The notes beneath the pieces were generated by a model. The model had not been told where the DNA came from, ran no database searches, and saw only the letters and a list, made by a program, of their open reading frames with translations. From the IMG/VR virus record IMGVR_UViG_3300027740_000003, positions 32,001-96,000 of that record: DNA of 64,000 bases; one strand, 5' to 3'. The stretch is from a virus. Lineage: Duplodnaviria > Caudoviricetes. Each line of letters opens with the position of its first letter. The stretch's first letter is position 1. Both the position numbers and the translations under genes were made by a program. Below are positions 53,523-61,294 of the stretch, piece by piece.

Positions 53523-53705
53523 TCAATCTCTAAAATATATATTATGAATATATTCGAAGTGATCTTTTATTGCCCCCAACGAATTTCGGAGACTTTCATG
53601 TTTTTTATTGTTAAGTGTCTCTCCCATATTAACAACACGAATTTCCTTTCCCAAAAACTCTCATCAAGAGAATTTAAAAAAATCTTTTAAATATTGAACT
53701 GTCAT
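53523..53705 (-). pseudogene. Small gene with two compensating homopolymer indels
   Basis: MTVQYLKDF..TGA TGA..EFLGKEIRVV; changing A7 (53676-53682) to A6 and A5 (53653-53657) to A6 restores MTVQYLKDFLNSLDESFLGKEIRVVN. Confidence 0.6.
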
Positions 53706-53956
53706 TATTTGTTCCTTAATTTTTCATTAATCTTTTCAGCTGCGTCAAAAGCTTCATCTGCAAATTCTTCTGCCAGTTCTTCAACAAAAGGAAAGAACAT
53801 AGTTCTGTCATCATCGTTGCCTTCAAAGGTATTTTGAAATACTACGCCTAGTTCTTTTGAAACCGCATCGCAGATCTTTTTAATTTTAACCAATGGTGGT
53901 TTAAACGCATTGACTTCATTTATTGTCAAGCCGGCAGAATCAATACTTATATCCAT
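53705..53956 (-). CDS. hypothetical protein
   Basis: GGAG upstream. Confidence 0.7.
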   Translation of the reverse strand: MDISIDSAGLTINEVNAFKPPLVKIKKICDAVSKELGVVFQNTFEGNDDDRTMFFPFVEELAEEFADEAFDAAEKINEKLRNK

Positions 53957-54026
53957 ATGAACTCCTGCTTATTTCTCTTTTCTTAATTTGAAAAACTTAT
54001 CATATATTAATGCTTTTCCGGTTTAG

Positions 54027-54102
54027 CATCCCAGGTAGGATTCGAACCTACATTATAGCCAAATTAGAAATTTGGTGCCATATCCAGTTAGGCGACTGGG
54101 AC
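54027..54102 (-). tRNA. tRNA-Arg (TCT)
   Basis: GTCCCAG/CTGGGAT, CCAAA-TTTCTAA-TTTGG, GTAGG-TTCGAAT-CCTAC. Confidence 0.92.
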
Positions 54103-54150
54103 ATATTATTAACATTATACCTGTTTATCCTTTAGTATAAATCCTCTTTT

Positions 54151-54423
54151 TTACACGCCGTTAGCAAGTAGCCAATTTGCCCACAATTCTGCAACCAAAC
54201 ACAGGGCTTCATTTTCAGAAGAACACTCCCACTCCTTGTAGGCCACATCCACACTTAAAACCAAAGGACATTCGCCGATGATCTTGTCATTCATCCATCG
54301 GGCATCATCCGGCGTGTAGTCAAAGTCTGCCAATGCGACGATCCATTTGTTTCCGCCGACCAAGAAAAGAAATGGAATTGCTTGGTCAGGTATAACACCT
54401 TCTCTCTCATAGACGATTTTCAT
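54151..54423 (-). CDS. hypothetical protein
   Basis: Tiling ORF. Confidence 0.7.
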   Translation of the reverse strand: MKIVYEREGVIPDQAIPFLFLVGGNKWIVALADFDYTPDDARWMNDKIIGECPLVLSVDVAYKEWECSSENEALCLVAELWANWLLANGV

Positions 54424-54428
54424 GAACG

Positions 54429-54713
54429 TTATCCTTGCAATACATCGTCATCCAAGCTGTTCCAGAAGCTCAACCGAATGTTGTGCTCAGGCCTGCCTGT
54501 ATTCAAATTGCTTTCATTATTTGGTTTGACCCAACTGCCATACCTGGCTAGCAACGAAATCACATTGTTTTTCTGATTATACCCAATCTTGTTAGAGAAT
54601 TGTAGCCTAACCAATGCTTGGCTTCCCTCGTGCTTGTCCACAGACAAAACTTTGCCAACCATTCCTTTCTTAATGTGCAATGGCTGACATCCTTTTTTAA
54701 CTGTAAAATGCAT
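54429..54713 (-). CDS. hypothetical protein (SH3-like beta barrel possible)
   Basis: Start moved to MHFTVK after GAGGGA. Confidence 0.65.
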   Translation of the reverse strand: MHFTVKKGCQPLHIKKGMVGKVLSVDKHEGSQALVRLQFSNKIGYNQKNNVISLLARYGSWVKPNNESNLNTGRPEHNIRLSFWNSLDDDVLQG

Positions 54714-54720
54714 TGTTCCC

Positions 54721-54846
54721 TCACACAAATAGAACGTACATTCCAATAGCCGCGGCAGCAACTCCTAACATAAGGATAATCCCACCAACAGCTACTGTAA
54801 TCATTAGTTCAAGCAACGTAAATCCGCGGCTATTATTCTTTGACAT
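54721..54846 (-). CDS. 41-aa prepilin-like peptide (type IV pilin N-terminal cleavage/methylation motif only)
   Basis: MSKNNSRG|FTLLELMITVAVGGIILMLGVAAAAIGMYVLFV; not in the ORF track. Confidence 0.8.
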   Translation of the reverse strand: MSKNNSRGFTLLELMITVAVGGIILMLGVAAAAIGMYVLFV

Positions 54847-54850
54847 ATTT

Positions 54851-55042
54851 TTACCTGTGTTCAATTGTCCAACTTCGCAATGCACAATAAGCAGGCTCTT
54901 TCTTGCCTCCCTTTGTACACTTCTTCATCATGTCAATGTACGCTTCTGCATCCTTCTTATCATCGTATCCAATGAAAGGATTTCCATCACACTTGACTAG
55001 ATATGTTTTACTTGCACCAATTGGCGTATCCAAAATTCCCAT
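54851..55042 (-). CDS. hypothetical protein
   Basis: GGAG upstream. Confidence 0.65.
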   Translation of the reverse strand: MGILDTPIGASKTYLVKCDGNPFIGYDDKKDAEAYIDMMKKCTKGGKKEPAYCALRSWTIEHR

Positions 55043-55071
55043 TGTTTTTCTCCTTGTTTAATAGACCTAAC

Positions 55072-55284
55072 TTAGATCATAGACCTAGACCTAGACCCAG
55101 ACCCAGACTTAGACCCAGACCCAGACCAAGAATTAGACCCAGAATCAGACCCAGAATTAGACCAAGACTTAGACCCAGACCCAGACCTAGACCCAGACTT
55201 AGACCCAGACCCAGACCAAGAATTAGACCCAGACCAAGACCAAGACCAAAACTTTAAATATTTATTTATTCTTGATTTTATCAT
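55072..55284 (-). CDS. Ser/Gly/Trp/Arg low-complexity repeat protein
   Basis: WSWSWSGSNSWSGSGSKSGSRS..; Ser-X dipeptide hexamer repeats at about 55083-55250. Confidence 0.7.
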   Translation of the reverse strand: MIKSRINKYLKFWSWSWSGSNSWSGSGSKSGSRSGSGSKSWSNSGSDSGSNSWSGSGSKSGSGSRSRSMI

Positions 55285-55607
55285 ACAATCCTCTTTACTG
55301 CAAAAAGAGACTCAATATGATCAATATTTACAAAAGCAAACTCAGTCGGAAGCCTTTGGTTATCTTTCCAATTTTTCTGATTCCATGGACCAGTTTCATA
55401 GACAATACTAGGGTCCATAATTTCAATAATAGAGCTATTAACTCCAATTAAAACCCCAGTATATGCATAATTTCCACAACTAACATATACTTCTTTGCCC
55501 AGAAGGTTAATATAACCATTATCAACATCCTGAATCTCTTCCACGTATTCGGTTACCTTCTCAACAACCTTCTCAACAACAACCGGCTTCTTTACTGACT
55601 TCTTCAT
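55281..55607 (-). CDS. Putative Sm/LSm-like fold protein
   Basis: LLGKEVYVSC..YTGVLIGVN..IEIMDP..AFVNIDHIESL pattern. Confidence 0.55.
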   Translation of the reverse strand: MKKSVKKPVVVEKVVEKVTEYVEEIQDVDNGYINLLGKEVYVSCGNYAYTGVLIGVNSSIIEIMDPSIVYETGPWNQKNWKDNQRLPTEFAFVNIDHIESLFAVKRIV

Positions 55608-55632
55608 TTTTTAATTACCTACTTTCTTTAAA

Positions 55633-55836
55633 TCACTTTCCTAAATATTTCACCATAGCTTTTGCAACTTCTTCTGCATGTTCTTTTGTAAGAATAATTG
55701 CTTGTCCTTTTACCCCGTCTTGGACTTGGAAAAGTTCCACTAAATCAAGGCCGTCTCGATCCTCCCCAATACTTACATAATCTCCGGTTTTGTCATTATA
55801 GACTTTGTATTCTACACATGTAGTGAACTCTGACAT
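55633..55836 (-). CDS. hypothetical protein
   Basis: Tiling ORF. Confidence 0.7.
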   Translation of the reverse strand: MSEFTTCVEYKVYNDKTGDYVSIGEDRDGLDLVELFQVQDGVKGQAIILTKEHAEEVAKAMVKYLGK

Positions 55837-55847
55837 ATTATCCTCAT

Positions 55848-56147
55848 TTACAGAATGAATCCAGAAAGAACTACCTTCTGAATGTTTGCACAGAAGGGCT
55901 TGAGTTTATCTTCATCAGACAGTTTATACTGATCAAGAAGGCCAGTACAATCATCACCGCCATTTTTGGCAGTATATACTAGCCTCATTAGCCCAAGAGC
56001 GGCATCGCCATCAACATTATTGATGGCATGTCCAGCCGCTTCGTCAATAACTTTCTGGTTGTCTAGGTATACGTTCCAAGGAACCAGATACAAATCTGTG
56101 TCCTCAGGCACCTCTTCCCAAATGATTAGTAGATATGTGTCGTCCAT
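55848..56147 (-). CDS. hypothetical protein
   Basis: Tiling ORF. Confidence 0.7.
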   Translation of the reverse strand: MDDTYLLIIWEEVPEDTDLYLVPWNVYLDNQKVIDEAAGHAINNVDGDAALGLMRLVYTAKNGGDDCTGLLDQYKLSDEDKLKPFCANIQKVVLSGFIL

Positions 56148-56351
56148 TTACTTCTTTTCCTTTGGGGTCCGCTTGGGATAAATCACCCCCGGCGGGTTAT
56201 TGCTGAAACGAATCTCTTCCTGCTCCTGGCGGGTCAGAGGCGACGTCAAGTCATCATAAGGCACCAAACCGCTTCTGGCAACCCCCTCGCCCCCAAGACT
56301 CTCCACGTATCCATACTTAACCGCCATATTGTACTGGTCATCCTTAATCAT
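56148..56351 (-). CDS. hypothetical protein
   Basis: Tiling ORF. Confidence 0.65.
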   Translation of the reverse strand: MIKDDQYNMAVKYGYVESLGGEGVARSGLVPYDDLTSPLTRQEQEEIRFSNNPPGVIYPKRTPKEKK

Positions 56352-56411
56352 TTTCTTTATTCCTTTCTATTACACAAATTAGAATCAACTTCTTTTCATT
56401 ACAAATGAATG

Positions 56412-56813
56412 TCATTTGAGAGGATAATCTTTAAACAAGGACATAAAATCAGGAGAAGGCCCTTCCCAAATAAAAGTATTAAAAACTCTAGAAAACTCAG
56501 CAGAATTGTACATAATACTTGAAAGTGTATTTGGGTACTTGTCTGGATTATATATCCAAGGAATTCCATTAGCAAGATTATCCACAATAGCTTTGGCTTC
56601 TTTTAAGCCAAGTCCAGTAAAAGTACGAATGACTTTAACGGCGTTAATGGACATAGGCCCGACACTAACTAGTTTATATAGTTTATGCTTGTTTTTAGAA
56701 TATCCCCAAGTATACTCCTTGGTCAACCCAAGACGCTTGCAGATACCTGCCAGGAAAGGAAGTTCAACCTTCCACTCAATACTATTTTCCGTTAGATTAA
56801 AATAAATCTTCAT
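56412..56813 (-). CDS. Protein containing a ribosomal L7/L12-CTD-like motif
   Basis: SINAVKVIRTFTGLGLKEAKAIVDNL. Confidence 0.8.
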   Translation of the reverse strand: MKIYFNLTENSIEWKVELPFLAGICKRLGLTKEYTWGYSKNKHKLYKLVSVGPMSINAVKVIRTFTGLGLKEAKAIVDNLANGIPWIYNPDKYPNTLSSIMYNSAEFSRVFNTFIWEGPSPDFMSLFKDYPLK

Positions 56814-56829
56814 GTTATTTGTTTTTCCT

Positions 56830-57039
56830 TTATCCTGGGCACAACCCTAGTTCTATAGCAACTTCTCTTGTTCTATAAGTTCTTGCATCTATCGGCAGTT
56901 TCTTCAGAAAATCTATCGCAGCCTCCGTAGAAAACAGAGTAGCAAATACAACTCCATGCTCCCTGCCGGTTCCATCAAACGGAATGCCCCAATCCCCATG
57001 TACAGGATCTCCAGCTACAAATTCAATGGTATGCTTCAT
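56830..57039 (-). CDS. hypothetical protein
   Basis: Start likely MKHTIE. Confidence 0.6.
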   Translation of the reverse strand: MKHTIEFVAGDPVHGDWGIPFDGTGREHGVVFATLFSTEAAIDFLKKLPIDARTYRTREVAIELGLCPG

Positions 57040-57040
57040 T

Positions 57041-57340
57041 TTAAATCCAGTTCTCTGGGTCCGCAGCGGCTTTGTTGACCTCCGCCTGAGATACCAGCTT
57101 AACCACCCTCTTGGCAGCACACAAGAGGGCGTGGAGAGCATTTTCCTGCCGTGTGGTGGTTTTAGAATACTTCTGCATAGTTAGAAGCCACTCGTGGCCC
57201 TCTGACCCAGGCACTGGCACAGCAATACATGTGCCATAAGAAAAAATCTTTTTACCATCTGTATGAATAGCACCAGATTTCGTTTGGTATGACTTGCCCT
57301 TCAAAAGTGCAGCAAAACAATCAACTGTGTTCTGTCTCAT
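57041..57340 (-). CDS. hypothetical phage protein
   Basis: IFSYGTCIA ... KYSKTTTRQ. Confidence 0.7.
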   Translation of the reverse strand: MRQNTVDCFAALLKGKSYQTKSGAIHTDGKKIFSYGTCIAVPVPGSEGHEWLLTMQKYSKTTTRQENALHALLCAAKRVVKLVSQAEVNKAAADPENWI

Positions 57341-57341
57341 T

Positions 57342-57650
57342 TTATTTTCCTTCGATAAAAGACATAGTCTCAGGATCTCTTTGCTCTTTAGGAAGATTCA
57401 CTTGCGTACCAGCAAGCACAGCCTTTAGCATATTCAAAGAAGATTCACCGGCCCTCTTAACAAGATCATCCTGAAGTTTACAGTATTCTTCTTGGACTTT
57501 AAGAAGCCGATCGATCTCTTTAAGCATCATTCCAAAAATGTCTACAATCTCCCTGGCAGAAAGCTCTGTAGCAATATCTTGTGGACTCATCCAAGAATAT
57601 TGACGAGCCAAACGGTTCTTTTCGTGATAATTTTCATTGCGAGTTTGCAT
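57342..57650 (-). CDS. hypothetical protein
   Basis: Start likely MQTRNE. Confidence 0.6.
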   Translation of the reverse strand: MQTRNENYHEKNRLARQYSWMSPQDIATELSAREIVDIFGMMLKEIDRLLKVQEEYCKLQDDLVKRAGESSLNMLKAVLAGTQVNLPKEQRDPETMSFIEGK

Positions 57651-57880
57651 TATATGATCCTTCAAAAAAGAATTGCCCGTTTCAAGGACGTGGGAAACGG
57701 AGCAGAAAGGCACGGATGGTTATTTAAATTTAATGTCCTAGGATACCTTAACCAACGAACCCCTTTCCTAGCAAGCCCAACACACATCCGAAGATGTTCT
57801 TTTTCAGTATTCCTCCCGGGCCAGAAGGAACCCTCACCCATATTGCTATGGATTAAGTTTAATCACTACAGAAAACTTCC

Positions 57881-58093
57881 TCAACTGTTTGAGAGCATTT
57901 CATCGTGATTACTCGGTGGCTTGAGCCTCAGATTCTTTGGATTCAAAATCCACCCTGTGGTAGCACCAGCGCCATTAGTGTTGTTTGCCACCACAGCTCC
58001 AGTCTCCGGGATGACACAATCAACCACCACAGTGGCTCCATTCAATTCAGTCTTCGGCCCATGATACACACAAACATCGCCTTGAACAAACAT
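57881..58093 (-). CDS. hypothetical protein
   Basis: GAGG upstream. Confidence 0.65.
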   Translation of the reverse strand: MFVQGDVCVYHGPKTELNGATVVVDCVIPETGAVVANNTNGAGATTGWILNPKNLRLKPPSNHDEMLSNS

Positions 58094-58175
58094 GATTTAC
58101 CAACCTCTCTCTTCTCTGTTAGCACAACTATTACACCGACACCCTCGCATAATACCAATGCGAGTTAACACGTTC

Positions 58176-58361
58176 TTAGGTTTTTTCCACCCTGTCCCAA
58201 ACAACATCTTCCTTGCTTATGAAGGACAACTTTCCGTCATCATCATAAACATTAATCTCTAGGCAAGGTTCCGCCATAATAAAATCATTCAGGTTTACAA
58301 TATCCGCATACAAACGGATATCGGATTTAACAAGAATCCCTGATGCAATATACTTTACCAT
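58176..58361 (-). CDS. hypothetical protein
   Basis: Tiling ORF. Confidence 0.6.
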   Translation of the reverse strand: MVKYIASGILVKSDIRLYADIVNLNDFIMAEPCLEINVYDDDGKLSFISKEDVVWDRVEKT

Positions 58362-58574
58362 TTAAAATCCTTTCTTGGATGCCCCAAGAGCCATTCCCAT
58401 AAGCGATACCAAAAAAGCATCAATGTTTTTGTTGCTAATAGGTTTGGGATTGATTCCAACCTCTCGGCAGATCTTTAGAAAAACTTTTACTGACATAACT
58501 TTGTTGCCTCCGAAAATGTACCCCCACGCATGATAACCCACCATGCCCGGATATACACCCTCCACCCAAGCCAA
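58362..58574 (-). CDS. hypothetical protein
   Basis: Tiling ORF. Confidence 0.55.
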   Translation of the reverse strand: MAWVEGVYPGMVGYHAWGYIFGGNKVMSVKVFLKICREVGINPKPISNKNIDAFLVSLMGMALGASKKGF

Positions 58575-58622
58575 TTGATAAGAAATCTAGCGTTGGTTGC
58601 TAAATGCTTTATTCCTACCATG

Positions 58623-59291
58623 TTATTCTTTAATGTCCTTTGGTATTGGACCGGCCCCTAATGTATGTTCACATTTCTGATACATGCCCAATACCAACTT
58701 CTGAGCTGCCGTAGCATTAGGATCACCCTTAATGAAGCGAAGTTGATCCCACAACTCCTCTGTTCCTCCCATATAACTTCTTGCAGACTGCCCAATAGCA
58801 TTGACTATGGTGCTGTCCAACAAACTGTCCCTATTAGTATCATCGACAAGATTAGCCTCCGCAAAACGCCTTGCCGAAGCTCTTAGGCCACGAAACACTT
58901 TGCTTCCTTCACTAGGACAGTTCCATTGCCAATCCTTGTTGGTTTTGTCAATGGATGCAGATGAATTGCCCCAAAGAACCCCTTTTGAACCATAACTGTG
59001 ACAAAGCTCTGCCGAGATAAGATCCCACTTGCTTTCTGGATAATCAGGAAGGTAAATTCCCGCAGATTCAAGAGCGTTCTCAACACCCTGATCTCCAATA
59101 ATATTCAAATTAACCACCGAAACCTCCGCATGGAACCAATACTCGGCTTCTTTTCCACATGCGTCTACCATGTCACCAATACAGATGAACAGATAAACCC
59201 CATTGCTAACCTTCCGGGAATATACCCACCGGCCCGAACCACCATCCTCTAACACGTCCCAATTCTTATGATAAATGTTCATTTGTCCCAA
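58623..59291 (-). CDS. hypothetical protein
   Basis: 222-aa tiling ORF. Confidence 0.7.
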   Translation of the reverse strand: MGQMNIYHKNWDVLEDGGSGRWVYSRKVSNGVYLFICIGDMVDACGKEAEYWFHAEVSVVNLNIIGDQGVENALESAGIYLPDYPESKWDLISAELCHSYGSKGVLWGNSSASIDKTNKDWQWNCPSEGSKVFRGLRASARRFAEANLVDDTNRDSLLDSTIVNAIGQSARSYMGGTEELWDQLRFIKGDPNATAAQKLVLGMYQKCEHTLGAGPIPKDIKE

Positions 59292-59530
59292 CTAACTGGC
59301 AAAACAGCATGACCTCTGTTGTAAATATGACCGGGTAAAATTGGCAACAGACCTCCAATAGGACTATTCCTATCACGCAAACCAGCAAGATATAACTTCT
59401 CATAATAGTCATCAGACACAACAAGAACAACAAGAAATCTTGCTCCCGTATCATCGGTTAAAGTCTTGCCAAGATCATCCTGGGTTAAAGTCAAATGCGC
59501 AGCCAACTTATTTATATTAGACTTTGCCAT
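59279..59530 (-). CDS. hypothetical protein
   Basis: AGAGGGG upstream. Confidence 0.65.
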   Translation of the reverse strand: MAKSNINKLAAHLTLTQDDLGKTLTDDTGARFLVVLVVSDDYYEKLYLAGLRDRNSPIGGLLPILPGHIYNRGHAVLPVSWDK

Positions 59531-59550
59531 GTTGCGGCCCCCTCTCTTAC

Positions 59551-60003
59551 TTAATATCCCATTGCCCTCTCATGAGCACTTTCACGAGCATATCGATAAT
59601 CAGCCTCTTCCTTATGCCTCCATTGCTTTAGAACTTCTTTCTGCCTATCAGAAAGATGCTCTTCGTCAATCTCTGGAACCACCCGCTCTCCCTTACATTC
59701 ATAACACTGCACATCATATGTTCCAGAAATATAGTCTTCCCGGAAATCAGGATCATCCGAAAAATCCTCCGATGTCAAACCACAACAATCAACACCCGGA
59801 TCAACATGAGTTCCTTTTCCCTGACATGTGGAACATACCTCGTACTTGGCCGGAAACTCCATGACCTCGCCAGTTTCCTCATCATCCTCATCAAGAACAG
59901 GAAGAGAGATGGTCATGTTCTGCTTATCGAAAGCAGGCTTGTCCCGCTGTCCTGCCAACACTCGGGAGTCATTGAAGTAGTTAGAGTCTTCTAGAGAGTA
60001 CAT
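59551..60003 (-). CDS. Phage protein with DnaJ-type CxxCxGxG zinc motifs
   Basis: VCSTCQGKG ... CYECKGERVV. Confidence 0.75.
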   Translation of the reverse strand: MYSLEDSNYFNDSRVLAGQRDKPAFDKQNMTISLPVLDEDDEETGEVMEFPAKYEVCSTCQGKGTHVDPGVDCCGLTSEDFSDDPDFREDYISGTYDVQCYECKGERVVPEIDEEHLSDRQKEVLKQWRHKEEADYRYARESAHERAMGY

Positions 60004-60227
60004 CGTTCATTCTTTCATGGAAGTTGGCAGGTTTACCTGTTTTACTAATCCTGCGAAAACCTGAAAAAGTCAGGATAGGTTCCGTTTTCTATGATTGTCA
60101 GAAATAGGAACAACAAAGATACAGATGGTTGCCTGTTCCTCTGAAGATATTAACCAACAAGTTCTCTTCATAAGGACATGTTTCCAACATGCTTCGCTAA
60201 ACCATCTTGGTTATGATGGCTAAGTTT

Positions 60228-60536
60228 TTAACTCACCTTTGCTTTGGGATACATTCCCAACACCACAGCCTTTGCTCCCTCATGGCCTTCGGCCCGGAAA
60301 CAAAAATCAACGGTATTGTCTTTGTTGGCACACCAATACAAAGCTCGGCCATGCCCCCAGTAAGTTCCATTTTTGTCGTACCCACCAGCATCCAAACGGA
60401 TGCGAGTTAGATACAACCTTTCACTAAACACTGCCTTGTCCTCCAAATGAATCGGAAACCTTCCTAAAGCAGCTCCCCGCTTTGGATCTCCACACCATCC
60501 CTTTGGATCGTTCTTGCAATAATCTGGTTGAGTCAT
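60228..60536 (-). CDS. hypothetical phage protein
   Basis: RIRLDAGGYDKNGTYWG..LYW motif. Confidence 0.7.
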   Translation of the reverse strand: MTQPDYCKNDPKGWCGDPKRGAALGRFPIHLEDKAVFSERLYLTRIRLDAGGYDKNGTYWGHGRALYWCANKDNTVDFCFRAEGHEGAKAVVLGMYPKAKVS

Positions 60537-60779
60537 TTAGCCGTTCTCCTCAATCTCAATTTCTTGTACATAAGGATTTACATTACATAGTTTCCACTCA
60601 TAATCCATGAGATTAATATCTTTCAAAACAATTTGATATGTCGTTTTTCTGAATTCAGGAAGGAATTTGTGGGCCTCTTCAGTGGTTTTGAAACCGTTTG
60701 AACAAATCTTATGTATTAGTATGTCTGCCCCAGAATACGCCATACCTCTTGCTTCAGCAACAACAATGTAAATTTTCAT
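60537..60779 (-). CDS. hypothetical protein
   Basis: AAGGAG upstream. Confidence 0.7.
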   Translation of the reverse strand: MKIYIVVAEARGMAYSGADILIHKICSNGFKTTEEAHKFLPEFRKTTYQIVLKDINLMDYEWKLCNVNPYVQEIEIEENG

Positions 60780-60794
60780 GTTTATTCTCCTTTG

Positions 60795-60876
60795 TGCGGT
60801 AAGTAGGATTTGAACCTACAGTGTCCGAAGACGCCGGAGCTACAATCCGGTGCACTACCAATTGTGCGTCTACCGC
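60795..60876 (-). tRNA. tRNA-Tyr (GTA)
   Basis: GCGGTAG/TTACCGC, CCGGA-TTGTAGC-TCCGG, Tyr-type variable arm C-GTC-TTCG-GAC-ACT, A73. Confidence 0.85.
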
Positions 60877-61069
60877 CTAAACTTTATTCTACCTCTTTTT
60901 CTGCCTCAAAATGGATTTACCCACGTATCATACTGCTTCTGCGTGATTCTTCCGTCTTTACACAAAAAATCCGTAAAATTATTCCAGGCCTCACACAACC
61001 AAACCTTGTCCCCTTTGGGAACACTCGGGAGCACATCCTCCCGAAACTCTGCCAATGCTTCTTTCTTGG

Positions 61070-61279
61070 TCATATCTGTACCTTCGATCTTCTTCTATAC
61101 CAATAGGATAACTTCGTAGCAGAAATAAAATATTTCTTGCCATTACATTTAAGTAAACACATTCCTGTTGCTTGGTTTATATCCAACAAACTATAGCTGT
61201 TGTAAAAATCAGGAATGATACTATAGTTCCATCCTATTTCTACTGGAGTAGGCCCTTGCTCAAGTGCATGATAGGCCAT
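61070..61279 (-). CDS. hypothetical protein
   Basis: GAGG upstream. Confidence 0.6.
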   Translation of the reverse strand: MAYHALEQGPTPVEIGWNYSIIPDFYNSYSLLDINQATGMCLLKCNGKKYFISATKLSYWYRRRSKVQI

Positions 61280-61294
61280 ATTCCTCTTTCTTGG

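Noticed and set aside
55003-55257. Plus-strand Pro-Arg repeat ORF
   Set aside because: It is the antisense reading of the Ser-X repeat gene, which fits the operon with 4-bp coupling.
60795-60876. Possible Leu-body/Tyr-anticodon mismatch (recoding tRNA)
   Set aside because: The 5' half looks Leu-like, but the variable arm geometry (C-GTC-loop-GAC plus 3 nt), G1-C72, A73 and GTA all fit bacterial tRNA-Tyr.
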